Positions 52,117 to 62,684 are shown, numbered from the stretch's first letter. The stretch: DNA of 64,000 bases from Smithellaceae bacterium (GCA_963667845.2 CAXXVL010000002.1:1600001-1664000); one strand, 5' to 3'. A program made the numbers and translations. Notes: generated by a model from the letters alone, not told the origin.

Positions 52117-53826
52117 ATGCCCAACAAGACCATCACCTTCATCATCTGCGGATTGATTATTCCCGCGGTGTTTGCCGGCTGCGCTTCTTTGCCGGCGAAC
52201 CGGCCATCCGTTTCTTATCCGCCCGTCCAGGAAGAATATTCAGGAGAAGCCGCCTATCACTATTCGCTGGCCGTGTTAATGCGGCTGGACGGAGATCTGA
52301 AGGGGGCGATCGATCAAATGAAACAGGCGCTCGCAGCGGGGCCCGACTCTCCCTACCTGACCACGGAACTGGTCTCCCTGTATGTTGAGAACAACAATAC
52401 TGACCTGGCGCTTTCGGTCGGAGAGCCCGCGTTGGTCAGGCAGCCGGGGAATATCGAACTTCGCTCCATCCTGGGCGGTCTATATTTTACAGTGCGCCAA
52501 TACGACAAGGCCGTTCGGGAATATCAGACGATTGTCGATATTGATCCGAAGAATCTGGTGGCTTATTTATACCTCGCGACCATCTACGTTCAGGAAAAGA
52601 AATATCCGGCGGCGGAGAAGGCCTATCAAAAGATGCTCGAAATCGACCCCGAAAATATTATCGGCGGTTACTATTACGCAAAGATGTTGACCGAGATGAA
52701 TCGCTTCGCAGAGGCCGAAGCCCTCTATCGAAAGATCATTCAACAAAGGCCGGCATTTGAAGCGGCCTGGCTCAGCCTGGCTCAGCTTTACGAAACTCAA
52801 AACAAATTTGATGAAGCCATCAACGTCTATCGCCGTTATCTGGATACAAATCCCGCGCGTGTCGGTTTCCGGATGAAGATTGCCGAGTTGCTCGTGAAGG
52901 CGAATAAGGAGCCCCAGGCGGAAAAAGAATTTAAAGAAATTTTGAAAGTTGATCCTGCGAACCGTGAAGTGCGCATAGCGCTGGGGCTTTTATATTACGA
53001 TATGCGCCGCTTTGATGAGTCGGTCGTAGAGTTTTCCTCCCTTCTGGAAATGGCGCCTCAGGATGACAAACTGCGCTACCTTCTGGCGAATGCCCTGGAG
53101 CAAAAAGGGGATACAAGGCAGGCTTTGGCGATGTATCAAAAAATCGCGCCGACGTTTGAATTGTACGCTAATGCCCAAATTCATGCGGCCATGATTCTGA
53201 AGAAGGAGAACCGGCTTGCCGACGCCGTCTCGGTCATCATTGGGGCTATTGAGAAGAAGAGCGATCAAGTGGTCTTATATCTTTATCTGTCATCGCTGTA
53301 TGAAGACGGCAAGGACATGGTCAAGGCGGAAAAGATCATCAGGGAAGGCATTGCGCTTTTCCCCCGCAATACGGATCTGCACTATGCACTCGGGACGATT
53401 CTGGAAAAAGTCAATCGGTTTGAGGAGAGTATTCAGTCGATGGAGAAAGTGCTGGCGCTGGATCCCCAAAACGCCGACGCATTGAATTTTATCGGTTATT
53501 CCTATGCCGATCGGGGAATGCATCTCGACCGGGCCGAACAAATGATCGTTCAAGCCTTGAAGATCAAACCGGACAACGGTTACATCCTGGACTCTCTGGG
53601 CTGGGTGTATTTCAAAAAAAATCAATACACGAAGGCATTGAATCAACTCAAGAGAGCGCTCGAACTCCTTCCGGATGACCCCAATATCATTGAGCATATG
53701 GGGGACGTTTATTTGAAGATCGGTCAGAGTAAAAAGGCGGCCGAATTCTACCGGAAAGCTGCGAAGATCGATCCCAAAAATACCGCACTCAAAAAGAAAC
53801 TCGACAATCTGATGATTGAAAAATAA
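52117..53826 (+). CDS. TPR-repeat lipoprotein
   Basis: FAGC lipobox, many TPR repeats, ALNFIGYSYA and DSLGW motifs. Confidence 0.9.
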   Translation: MPNKTITFIICGLIIPAVFAGCASLPANRPSVSYPPVQEEYSGEAAYHYSLAVLMRLDGDLKGAIDQMKQALAAGPDSPYLTTELVSLYVENNNTDLALSVGEPALVRQPGNIELRSILGGLYFTVRQYDKAVREYQTIVDIDPKNLVAYLYLATIYVQEKKYPAAEKAYQKMLEIDPENIIGGYYYAKMLTEMNRFAEAEALYRKIIQQRPAFEAAWLSLAQLYETQNKFDEAINVYRRYLDTNPARVGFRMKIAELLVKANKEPQAEKEFKEILKVDPANREVRIALGLLYYDMRRFDESVVEFSSLLEMAPQDDKLRYLLANALEQKGDTRQALAMYQKIAPTFELYANAQIHAAMILKKENRLADAVSVIIGAIEKKSDQVVLYLYLSSLYEDGKDMVKAEKIIREGIALFPRNTDLHYALGTILEKVNRFEESIQSMEKVLALDPQNADALNFIGYSYADRGMHLDRAEQMIVQALKIKPDNGYILDSLGWVYFKKNQYTKALNQLKRALELLPDDPNIIEHMGDVYLKIGQSKKAAEFYRKAAKIDPKNTALKKKLDNLMIEK

Positions 53827-53870
53827 CGTGAAGAGGCCATTGCAATTGGTTTGCAGAAAGTGTCTCGGGT

Positions 53871-54656
53871 ATGTGTGAGCCGTATTTTCCCGGCAAGCGA
53901 TTGATGATTTTGTTTGTGGCGGCGATGTTGTTAGGCTCAGGCGGGTGTGCCCCAAAGGCGGCTCTTGGACCCGGTATGCCGCCAAAGGCTTTGGGGATGA
54001 TTTCTGCGGCGCATTCTGCAACAGACAGGATGACGGCCATCGCGCAAATTGATCTGGTGACGGCTCAGGGGCATTATCCGCTCAGGGCCGTTATGATACT
54101 CCAGAGACCGTCTTATCTCCGTCTGGAGATGCTGCCGGTGATCGGAACTCCGGATTTCTTTCTCGCGGCGTCGCCCGATGAGATGAATATATTCATTCCG
54201 TCGCAAAGCGAGTTTTATTCAGGGAAGCCTACTGCCGAAAATCTGGCGCGTTTTTTACCCTGGTCTTTTACCCTTGAAGAAATTGTTATGATCTTGTCCA
54301 GCACTTATCCGCCGCTTGACGGGACAAACGTGTCTTATGAAAGTTACCCGGAGGACACTCTGCTGCGCATTGACATGAAGACGCCCGCGGGACCGTCGCA
54401 GACGATCTGGATGGCGAAAAATGAGAGACTGGTGAAATTGGTCCGTTACGATCCGCTCGGCCGGGAGACGTATCGGGCGCTTTTTGACGGTTACGCGCCC
54501 GGGAGTGTTTTTGCTGAAAAAATAATGATTCAATGGGCCGATAATGTGACTTCCGTTTCCGTCAGCTATTCCGACCTGAAAGTCGAAAAGAACGGCGATC
54601 TGTCCATCTTTAAATTGCCGGTGCCGCCCGGAAGCAAAACCATTCACTTGGATTAG
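53871..54656 (+). CDS. LolA/LolB-like lipoprotein (start uncertain)
   Basis: GGC lipobox, RPSYLRLE motif; follows the TPR gene as lolB typically does. Confidence 0.65.
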   Translation: MCEPYFPGKRLMILFVAAMLLGSGGCAPKAALGPGMPPKALGMISAAHSATDRMTAIAQIDLVTAQGHYPLRAVMILQRPSYLRLEMLPVIGTPDFFLAASPDEMNIFIPSQSEFYSGKPTAENLARFLPWSFTLEEIVMILSSTYPPLDGTNVSYESYPEDTLLRIDMKTPAGPSQTIWMAKNERLVKLVRYDPLGRETYRALFDGYAPGSVFAEKIMIQWADNVTSVSVSYSDLKVEKNGDLSIFKLPVPPGSKTIHLD

Positions 54657-54775
54657 TCCGTAAAAGAGAGGTTTGACTCATCTCCCCGGACTTTGCAGAT
54701 TGTATTTCGATCCGCTTCGATCCGGAGCGAAGGCAGTCCCCCGCGAACTACAATTCCCTTTGCATTAACGCTCGC

Positions 54776-55075
54776 ATGTCTGGGAGCGTTGTAGTGCGAC
54801 AGCCCCACTCGCCGGTAATCCCGAGGATTGAAGCGGGATTGATGATCACGTCGCCGCCCCGCTTCTTATGATGGGAATTTCCACTTTTTGGGCAAAACCG
54901 GAGGCCGCTTTATTGGTTTCCATAAGACGGTCCCATTCTTCCCGGGTTGTATTCAGAATCGCAGGTATTTGCAGCAGAGATATCCCCCGGCATTAAAAAG
55001 AACAAAATCAAAACGTCCATATTCGGCCGGGATCATCTCAAAAAGATTTCCCATGTTCGCAAGGATCACGGCCAT
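54776..55075 (-). pseudogene. Degraded short-chain dehydrogenase/reductase fragment
   Basis: Across frameshifts: EYGRFDFVLFNAG / ILNTTREEWDRLMETN / KKRGGDVIINPASILG / LSHYNAPR. Confidence 0.75.
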
Positions 55076-55177
55076 CCTTTTTTACGAAGATGATCGTCAA
55101 GACAATTCCAGGTGCAAGATGGCCGGAAATGTGTCGAGTTATAAAAAGCCTGCGGGTAGTGTCGCGGGATAGTGGAT

Positions 55178-55214
55178 GCCCGGAGGGGACTTCGTTATAA
55201 ACACCCCTCCGGGC
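55178..55214 (-). terminator. GC-rich hairpin after cpoB (no U-tract)
   Basis: GCCCGGAGGGG / CCCCTCCGGGC 11-bp inverted repeat. Confidence 0.55.
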
Positions 55215-55226
55215 GATCGGGCTGAT

Positions 55227-56054
55227 CTATTTGATTTCCTGAAGCTTGGAGCGTGCAATACGCGCCTGACTCGTGTTGGGATAATCTTTGATGACCTGTT
55301 GCAAAAGCAGCTTGGCGCTGACCTTGTCGCCCAGGTTTTGAAAGGAGATCCCTTGCTTCAAAAGCGCATAAGGAACTTTGTTGCTGCTCGGGAATTTCTT
55401 GGTAACTTTTTCATATTCAAGAATGGCTTTTTCATATTTCTTTTCAAAGAAATAACATTCGCCAATCCAGAACTGGGCGTTATCGGAATATTCGCCAGCC
55501 GGATAAGCGGCCAGGAAGCTTTGGAAAGCTTCTCTGGCCTTCGGGTAGTTGCCGTTCTTGAATGTCTGGTAAGCCGAAGCATACTGTGCAGCCTTATCCT
55601 GCTTACCGGCCGGATCCTTCGCCTGGGCCGATGTGTCGACGTCGGTCGGAGAATCCTTTTTGCTGATTTCCAGGAAATTCTCGATGAAATTAACTTTCAA
55701 AAGAAGGTTGTCAATCTTCTCTTTGTAACTATCATCTTTATTGTCCCGGGCGACTTCCTTCTTTAAAGATTCAATTTGGCCCCGCAGCTGCTGGATCTGA
55801 TCACGCAACTCGGCAAAGTCAGCAGTCGTATTGGCATGGCCTTTGCGCATGGACGCCAGAGCCGCTGCATTTTTCTCCTGCTCTTTCTGCAGGTGAGCGA
55901 GCCGGGAGTCCAGGCGGGTGTCCATGGAGGCGAGCTTTGCCTCCATTTGCTGGTTTAATTCCGAACGCACCGCATTCAAATCGGAGGACGTTGCACAACC
56001 GGCAAGACTAAAAGCAAGCGCCGAGAATAGTAGATATAATAGAGCGCGTTTCAA
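55227..56054 (-). CDS. cpoB: Tol-Pal system protein CpoB/YbgF
   Basis: LAGC lipobox, coiled coil, TPR (NAQFWIGECY, YALLKQG); follows pal. Confidence 0.93.
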   Translation of the reverse strand: MKRALLYLLFSALAFSLAGCATSSDLNAVRSELNQQMEAKLASMDTRLDSRLAHLQKEQEKNAAALASMRKGHANTTADFAELRDQIQQLRGQIESLKKEVARDNKDDSYKEKIDNLLLKVNFIENFLEISKKDSPTDVDTSAQAKDPAGKQDKAAQYASAYQTFKNGNYPKAREAFQSFLAAYPAGEYSDNAQFWIGECYFFEKKYEKAILEYEKVTKKFPSSNKVPYALLKQGISFQNLGDKVSAKLLLQQVIKDYPNTSQARIARSKLQEIK

Positions 56055-56072
56055 AGCTGCTCTCCTTCTGTG

Positions 56073-56666
56073 TTATTTCAAAAGAAACTGTACGCGTCTG
56101 TTCTGAGCCCAGGCCGCTTCATTATGGCCCGGATCCAGCGGTTTTTCTTCGCCGTAGCTGACGGTTTCCATGCGCGAAGCGCCGATGCCGAGGTTCGTAA
56201 GATACTGCTTGGCTTCCTGCGCACGTCTTTCACCCAGGGCCATGTTGTATTCGGCTGTGCCTCTCTCATCGCAATACCCTTCTACGACGATCTTGGCAGC
56301 ACTGTTCTTGGTGAATATTTCGGCATTGGCTTTCAGAATTTCACGCGCGTCGGGGCGGATGCTGGATTTGTCAAAATCGAAATAGATATTCTGTATATTC
56401 AGGTCGGCCAGTGCCGCCGCATTCCTTTTCGCTGCCGCATCCTTTGCGGCCTGGGCTTTCAGAGCGGCTTCGCGATCAGCCTGTTCTTTTGCCTTGCGGG
56501 CGGCTTCATCATCCGGTACTGCAACCGGTGCTGCCTTGGCCGGTGCCTTCTGTTCCTGGACGGCCTCATCCTTGACCACTGCCTTTTTTTCCGCGCAACC
56601 GCTGAAAAGGGATAGACCAAACGCTAAGACCATCAACATACCTATTAAAACTAAATGTTTCTTCAT
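56073..56666 (-). CDS. pal: Peptidoglycan-associated lipoprotein
   Basis: SGC lipobox; IYFDFD, DERGTAEYNMALGERRA, SYGEE and NRR motifs. Confidence 0.98.
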   Translation of the reverse strand: MKKHLVLIGMLMVLAFGLSLFSGCAEKKAVVKDEAVQEQKAPAKAAPVAVPDDEAARKAKEQADREAALKAQAAKDAAAKRNAAALADLNIQNIYFDFDKSSIRPDAREILKANAEIFTKNSAAKIVVEGYCDERGTAEYNMALGERRAQEAKQYLTNLGIGASRMETVSYGEEKPLDPGHNEAAWAQNRRVQFLLK

Positions 56667-56911
56667 GATATTCTCCTTTCGTTACTGAAATCGTTGTTTT
56701 CAAAAGATTTAACGAACGGTCAAAGTAAAACATAACATACAGGCCGACGTCAACAAAAATAATATAAAAAACAATGGAATATGATGTGTGTGCTCAGGGA
56801 GAAGCCCGGCAACCGCGCTGCTTCTCAATGTCCCTGTCGAAGTTAGACCTAATCATGATGCTTTCTATACGGCAAAGGGTGAAAAATAACAACCCCAACG
56901 TATAAATATTT

Positions 56912-58228
56912 TTATTTGAGTCTGGGTGACCAGGCCGGCATGACCAACGGATCTTTGCTTTCCGTAAGGACACGCGTGTTGAGCCCGTTGGAATTCATGA
57001 CGCTGATGCGGCTTGCCGTCCCCTGCCGTGAGCTGAAAACAATCTGCCTGCCGGAAGGAGACCAGGAAGGGTACTCGTTGTCCGCGTTATCAAACGTCAG
57101 CTGAATAAGATTATTTCCTTCTTCGTCCACGGAAAAGATCTGATAATTATGGTTGATGAGGCCTTCATAGGCGATTCTGCCGCCGCGGGGAGACCAGGAA
57201 GGTGATGTATTATAATTGCCTTCAAATGTGATTCTCTTGACGTTGTTGCCGTCGACATCCATGACAAATACCTGAGGCGTTCCGGAGCGATTGGAAACAA
57301 AAGCGATCTTTTTGCCGTCCGGTGACCAGGCGGGAGAAACATCAATGGAATAACTGCGGGTTAAACGGTTAAATTTCATCGTTTCGATATCCAGCACATA
57401 GATTTCTTCATTTTCGTCTTTACTTAATGTCAACAATAGTTTCTTGCTGTCCGGAGAAAAAGAGCCGCATAAATTGAGGCCTGGAAACGAGGAAACTTTT
57501 CTTTCTTTTCCTGTTTTTAAGTCATGCAGATACACTTCCGGCCGGCCGCTCCTGTATGATGTAAAAGCCAAATATTTGCCGTCCGGCGACCAGCGGGGCG
57601 CAGCGAGGATGCTTCGATGACTGGTCACATTTCCTGCATCCGACGCTCCATAGTTCATTGCATAAATATCGGAACCGCTCTTCTTTTTGATAATGAAAGC
57701 AATGCGCGTGTTAAGGTCTCCTTCATCTCCGGTCAGTGCCAGGAGGATATCAGAGGCAATAGCGATGGCCAGAGTCTGGGGGGTGTCGGTATTCCCCGTA
57801 TATTTCTTATTAAAGAGCATTTGACCGCGCGTGACATCATACAGGCGGCTCTCAGCGGTGATATCTTTTCCGTTAACGATCGTGTCGCCCCTGAGCAGGA
57901 AGTCCGCGCCGATGACCGACCAGTCGGAAAAGCGGATAGTCTCCGGCTGTCCCGGCTCAACGCCGTCCAGAAAACTCTTTTTGTCCAGAAGATTAAATAT
58001 TCCCGACAAATCCAGATAGTGCCTGATATGGTCGGCAACAGCCGTATTGATGTCCGTCGGGGCCGCCGGTGCCTTTTTGCTTTGAAAATCGCAGACCGCG
58101 ATCGGGAATTGCTGAAAACCCGGTGCATCGATATCAATATACACTTTAGCCTGGGCCATACCATGCAGGGTGATGATGAATAAAAGAATGAAGAGCGTCG
58201 ATAACTTCGCGGTATATGTGATTTTCAT
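56912..58228 (-). CDS. tolB: Tol-Pal beta-propeller protein TolB
   Basis: TolB N-terminal domain plus repeated P.WSPDG motifs. Confidence 0.97.
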   Translation of the reverse strand: MKITYTAKLSTLFILLFIITLHGMAQAKVYIDIDAPGFQQFPIAVCDFQSKKAPAAPTDINTAVADHIRHYLDLSGIFNLLDKKSFLDGVEPGQPETIRFSDWSVIGADFLLRGDTIVNGKDITAESRLYDVTRGQMLFNKKYTGNTDTPQTLAIAIASDILLALTGDEGDLNTRIAFIIKKKSGSDIYAMNYGASDAGNVTSHRSILAAPRWSPDGKYLAFTSYRSGRPEVYLHDLKTGKERKVSSFPGLNLCGSFSPDSKKLLLTLSKDENEEIYVLDIETMKFNRLTRSYSIDVSPAWSPDGKKIAFVSNRSGTPQVFVMDVDGNNVKRITFEGNYNTSPSWSPRGGRIAYEGLINHNYQIFSVDEEGNNLIQLTFDNADNEYPSWSPSGRQIVFSSRQGTASRISVMNSNGLNTRVLTESKDPLVMPAWSPRLK

Positions 58229-58253
58229 TTATGGGCTGATCCTTTTTTCTTTT

Positions 58254-58985
58254 CTATTGCAATTCCGCGGAATGAAACCGGATGCCGATTTCGAGCGAGC
58301 GGCCGCTCACCCATCCGGCAAGCGGCGGGAAAGGAGCTGACTTTTTAACTGCGCGAAGAGCGGATTCGTCAAAGTAGCTGTTGCCGGAGCGTTTTTCAAA
58401 TCCGATATATTCCAATACGCCGCTCTGCGCGATTCGCACATCGATAATCGTTTCCACGTTGTCTTTCGGTTTTAATGCCTGGGGCAGCGTCCAGTTCTTT
58501 TTTACTTTCGACCAGACAAACCGGCTGTAGTCATTGATCCGAGTTTGCTGATCGGCCGTCGTTTTGCCGGCGATGCCCGAAGGCGGCGTGGCAGCAGCCG
58601 GTTTGTTCGTTCCGGCGTTTTCGAGCTCTTTTTGCCGGATGGCACTGATCGCTTTTTCAATATCCGTTTTGACGGCTTCATCTTTCTTAACGAGAGGCAC
58701 GACTTTCGAATCCATGGGGCTGCGCTTGAGAATGACCGCATGATCCGTCGAGGGCGACTGCAGAAGGCTTTTCGTCCCGGCTAGCCCCTGTGAGGATAGC
58801 ACAGCTTCGGGGCTCACGAGGGCAACGGTATAGGGCGCGCCGAATGTTAACTGTCTTGATGGGCCGGAAACGGTAATGATAAGGGCAGCAAAGGCAATGA
58901 GGTGAAGAAGCAGGGAAGCGAAAAACATGTTGTAGGGGCTGCCGGTATCGCCGAAAGGATTCTTATTGGACGGCCGGGACGTCAT
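58254..58985 (-). CDS. tolA: TolA/TonB-family protein
   Basis: TM segment with SLLLH, C-terminal SG..YFDESALRAV..APFPP; position between tolR and tolB. Confidence 0.8.
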   Translation of the reverse strand: MTSRPSNKNPFGDTGSPYNMFFASLLLHLIAFAALIITVSGPSRQLTFGAPYTVALVSPEAVLSSQGLAGTKSLLQSPSTDHAVILKRSPMDSKVVPLVKKDEAVKTDIEKAISAIRQKELENAGTNKPAAATPPSGIAGKTTADQQTRINDYSRFVWSKVKKNWTLPQALKPKDNVETIIDVRIAQSGVLEYIGFEKRSGNSYFDESALRAVKKSAPFPPLAGWVSGRSLEIGIRFHSAELQ

Positions 58986-59407
58986 TTTATGCCCTCAGGC
59001 GGTTCCGTAATCATGCCAAGCTTATCGACCCCCGCTCTGCGTATTTCCGCCATGACTTCAACCACAAAGCCGTAGGGAACGCTTTTATCGGCGCGCAGAA
59101 AAACCTCCCGGTCGACGCGTTCGGCAAAGATTGCGGCAAGCTTGGCATTGAGATCCTGAAGCGGCATCCGGGTTTTGTTGAGAAAAATTTCCTTATTTTC
59201 GTTAACGGTCAAAACCAGTTTTTCTTCGGCGATGTCGATGCTTTTCGACTTGACGCGCGGCAGGTTGACATCAATGCCCATGGACAGCATCGGCGCCGTG
59301 ACCATGAAAATGATGAGCAACACCAGCATAACGTCAACCAGTGGTGTAACATTAATTTCAGCCATCGATTTTTTGTCGGAATTTCTTCTGCGCATCTGCC
59401 GCATCAT
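58982..59407 (-). CDS. tolR: TolR
   Basis: EINVTPLVDVMLVLLIIFMVTAP motif. Confidence 0.96.
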   Translation of the reverse strand: MMRQMRRRNSDKKSMAEINVTPLVDVMLVLLIIFMVTAPMLSMGIDVNLPRVKSKSIDIAEEKLVLTVNENKEIFLNKTRMPLQDLNAKLAAIFAERVDREVFLRADKSVPYGFVVEVMAEIRRAGVDKLGMITEPPEGIK

Positions 59408-59426
59408 GCATCACCAAAGCATCAAT

Positions 59427-60146
59427 CTATTTGTGAATAAGATAACGTTCAACAATATTCAAAAACTCGTCTGCAAAGTTGTCCATTTCCTGAACCATGG
59501 TTTTGGACTTGTTTAAAAAGTAATTATAGAAAATAACGGCTGGTATCGCTGCGGCAAGTCCCGCCGCAGTGGCGATCAGCGCCTCGGAAATACCCGGGGC
59601 CACGACGGCCAGCGTTGCCGAACCGCGTGCGCCGATGGCTTTGAAGGTCTCCATGATTCCCCAGACGGTTCCGAACAGGCCGATGAAAGGACTTGCGGAG
59701 CCGGTTGTGGCCAGAAAACCGAGCGCACTTTCGAGTTTGGTCATTTCCGTTCCGGAGGCGCGGTTGAGCGCTCTCTCCACGTTATCAAGGGATGAAAGGC
59801 TGATGTCTTCGCTGCGCGTTGCGTCTTTGGAGAGCCGGTTCACTTTGGTCAGTTCGGCATAGCCGACACGAAAAACTTCCGCCGTTGTGGAATAGGAATA
59901 TTTTTTCGCCGCCGGCAGAATGTCGGAGAGTTTGCTGCTGCGCTGATAATCGGAATCAAAGGCTTCATTTTCGCTCTTTATTTTCCGGTAATACCGAAAT
60001 TTAATAAAGATGATGGTCCATGAGACGACGGAGAGAATGAGCAGGATCAATAAAACAAACTGAACGATCAAACCGGCATCTAAAATCATGCCCAGAAGAG
60101 AGCCGTGAAAATTGCTTCCTATGCCTAAAGACCCAATATCTTTCAC
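59427..60146 (-). CDS. tolQ: TolQ
   Basis: SPFIGLFGTVWGIM and APGISEALIATAAGL motifs. Confidence 0.97.
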   Translation of the reverse strand: MKDIGSLGIGSNFHGSLLGMILDAGLIVQFVLLILLILSVVSWTIIFIKFRYYRKIKSENEAFDSDYQRSSKLSDILPAAKKYSYSTTAEVFRVGYAELTKVNRLSKDATRSEDISLSSLDNVERALNRASGTEMTKLESALGFLATTGSASPFIGLFGTVWGIMETFKAIGARGSATLAVVAPGISEALIATAAGLAAAIPAVIFYNYFLNKSKTMVQEMDNFADEFLNIVERYLIHK

Positions 60147-60184
60147 TTTATAATCTCCAAAAATGGTTTTTAAATTTGCGTTGT

Positions 60185-60213
60185 AACGTAAAGGAAAAAA
60201 AAGGGCTTGTCAA
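60185..60213 (-). promoter_or_regulatory. Putative sigma70 promoter of the tol operon
   Basis: Minus strand TTGACA-17 bp-TACGTT. Confidence 0.6.
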
Positions 60214-60416
60214 TACATCTTTTAGTAAGCGCGATGCGTCCCGGCCGCCGCAGGCAGCCGGACGACTGCGACGAAAACGATGAATGACTTCATTCGACGT
60301 CCGCGGCCGAGCAGCTTGCAGTTGACATTTTTCCGTATCAGTGTAATTTCAGATTCGCCATTGTGAAGGACGATTGAACGTCTGATTCTTTAAAATTCAT
60401 TCAGGGGGACCAATAT

Positions 60417-62585
60417 ATGTACAGGCCCAACGTTTCCGCCCAAGCTATCCTTAAATTAAGTTTCATGTTCATAGCACTCTTGACTGTTATTACAGGTTGT
60501 GGCGGCGGCGGAGGAGGAAGCGCACCGTCGACCTACAGCATTTCGGGTGCCGTGAGCGGTGATACGCTTGCTGGCGTGGCGATCAACCTGACCGGTGCGG
60601 CGACTGCTTCGACCACAACAGCGGCGGACGGCAAATTCAGCTTTACGGGTCTGGCGAACGGGATATACCAGGTCACTGCTGTGAAGGCGGGGTTTAAGTT
60701 CAACCCGGTCACTTCCCGAGTCGTCGTCAGCGGGGCAAATGTAACCAATGCCAATTTTGTGGCGACAACCAGTGTTGATCCGACGTACAGCCTTTCCGGC
60801 AAGGTATCCGGCGTTGTGCAGGCAAACGTGATCGTTACCTTAAGCGGGGCCGCTACCGGGACAACACAGACAGACGCAAGCGGCAATTACAGTTTTTCGG
60901 GTCTTGTGGATGGCAACTATACGGTAACGCCTTCTCTGACGGGCTATATTTTTGAGCCCGACAAGCTCGACATAACCATAAGCGGCAGCAGTTTAACGAA
61001 CCAAAATTTTACGTCCAAGACTATTCCCGTTCCCACATACACTCTATCAGGCACGGTTAGCGGTGCGACGGCTGAGGGTGTTACGGTTAATCTGACCGGC
61101 GCGGCAACCGCTTCTACAACAACCGGAGCAGACGGGAGCTACAGTTTTACAGGACTTTTTAACGGTTCTTATACGGTAACTCCCGTAAAAACCGGCTTTA
61201 CCTTCACCGACAGCAGCAGAACGGTGACTGTCAGTGGAGCGAACATTACCGGCATCGATTTTGTGGCGGCTGTCTATGTTGAACCAACCTATACGATTTC
61301 CGGCACGGTAAGCGGAGTAGTCCTGGAAGGTGTGACCATGACGTTAAGCGGCGCCGGTTCAGCTTCGACCACAACAAACGCCAGCGGAAATTACAGTTTC
61401 CCGAACCTTGTGAACGGCAGTTATACGGTGACGCCCTCCATAGCGGGCAATAACTTCAGCCCGGCGAGCAGCGTGGTTGTCGTTAGCGGAGCAAACAGGA
61501 GTGGTATCAATTTCGAATCATCAACCGCCTATACTCAGGCCGATCTGACGGGGACGTGGAATGTCAGCGTCCTGCAAACAAACAGCAATGATAGCTATAG
61601 CAAATGGTTCCGTCGCACACTTACGTTTGATGCTGCCGGAAGTTTGACCGCTGCGTCGTCTTGTCTGGACAGCGCGGGAAGCACAACATGCCCGGCCGCA
61701 GGTTCACTTACGTGGACAATCAGTGCCGGGGGCGTAATCACCCCTGAAAGTGGCGTCAGTGCGGACACAGGCCCAGTTCATATGACAATGACGTCTACGA
61801 AGAATTTTATCGCGGGAACGAGCAGCAGCTTGAGCGGTTCATACCCGCAATTAAGGGTCATTCAGAAGGTTGTCCCGGGTACGGTTTATTCGAGCGCCGA
61901 CATACAGAGCAAACAATTTGTTTTCCATGAAATGATCGTCGGGGCCAGCACAAACACAAAATGGCGCTATGGGAGCGGCGCGACGGACGCATCCGGTGCT
62001 TTCGCCCTGACGAGCTTGAACGAACCGTCCGGGGCGAAACCGCCGTCGGAGGTGGTCTGGGGAACCATGTCGGTGGACGCGGGCGGTGTCGTCTCGATGA
62101 ATGGCTCAGGCATGGTGAATAACTACAAGGGTTTCCTGTCTGACGATAAGAGAACGGTTGTCGGGACATACACGGACACCGCAACATCAACATATCGGCT
62201 GATGATTATTCAACTAACCACGCGCAATGATTATCCCGCGGGGTCGCTCCCCGCTTCCAAATGGTCCAGCAGTATCCTGGCCAAAAGCACCAATTCCCTG
62301 GCGGGGGCCGGCTGGGTTTCCTGCAGCAATACAGTCGATGCCAGCGGTAACATGACATTCGGCATTGATTGGAACAGCGATAATGATAACTTTAAGAGTA
62401 GGAGGCCCACCACTCCATTTACTGGATCCCTCACCTCATCGGGCACAGTCACCATGTCCGGAAGCAACTACCACGGACAGGCCTCTGATGACTGGAACTT
62501 CCTCGTGGGAACTATGACCCTTGAGGTGAGTGTTCCCTTTGTCGGCACGATCCCAGTGTATTTCCTTCAAGTCAGCACAAGGTAA
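60417..62585 (+). CDS. Surface lipoprotein with four tandem 84-aa prealbumin-like (carboxypeptidase-regulatory-like) domains
   Basis: ITGC lipobox plus a Gly linker; TYSISG.VSG...G.YSF.GL..G.Y.VTP repeats; Ser/Thr/Gly-rich C-terminal region. Confidence 0.88.
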   Translation: MYRPNVSAQAILKLSFMFIALLTVITGCGGGGGGSAPSTYSISGAVSGDTLAGVAINLTGAATASTTTAADGKFSFTGLANGIYQVTAVKAGFKFNPVTSRVVVSGANVTNANFVATTSVDPTYSLSGKVSGVVQANVIVTLSGAATGTTQTDASGNYSFSGLVDGNYTVTPSLTGYIFEPDKLDITISGSSLTNQNFTSKTIPVPTYTLSGTVSGATAEGVTVNLTGAATASTTTGADGSYSFTGLFNGSYTVTPVKTGFTFTDSSRTVTVSGANITGIDFVAAVYVEPTYTISGTVSGVVLEGVTMTLSGAGSASTTTNASGNYSFPNLVNGSYTVTPSIAGNNFSPASSVVVVSGANRSGINFESSTAYTQADLTGTWNVSVLQTNSNDSYSKWFRRTLTFDAAGSLTAASSCLDSAGSTTCPAAGSLTWTISAGGVITPESGVSADTGPVHMTMTSTKNFIAGTSSSLSGSYPQLRVIQKVVPGTVYSSADIQSKQFVFHEMIVGASTNTKWRYGSGATDASGAFALTSLNEPSGAKPPSEVVWGTMSVDAGGVVSMNGSGMVNNYKGFLSDDKRTVVGTYTDTATSTYRLMIIQLTTRNDYPAGSLPASKWSSSILAKSTNSLAGAGWVSCSNTVDASGNMTFGIDWNSDNDNFKSRRPTTPFTGSLTSSGTVTMSGSNYHGQASDDWNFLVGTMTLEVSVPFVGTIPVYFLQVSTR
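60531..61538 (+). repeat. Intragenic tandem repeat, 4 x 252 bp
   Basis: Units start at 60531, 60783, 61035 and 61287. Confidence 0.85.
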
Positions 62586-62592
62586 AACTTTT

Positions 62593-62633
62593 CGACGGAT
62601 GGAGGCACTGTAAAAGCAGGCCTCCATCCGTCG
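62593..62633. terminator. Hairpin between convergent genes (possible bidirectional terminator)
   Basis: Perfect 14-bp inverted repeat CGACGGATGGAGGC / GCCTCCATCCGTCG. Confidence 0.7.
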
Positions 62634-62684
62634 CGGTCTTTCATCAAGGAGTTGACATTTCTGAATCTGCAGACATTGGAAGGA

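Noticed and set aside
54888..55172. 94-aa plus-strand ORF
   Set aside because: It has no RBS or motifs, and the opposite strand carries the SDR remnant.
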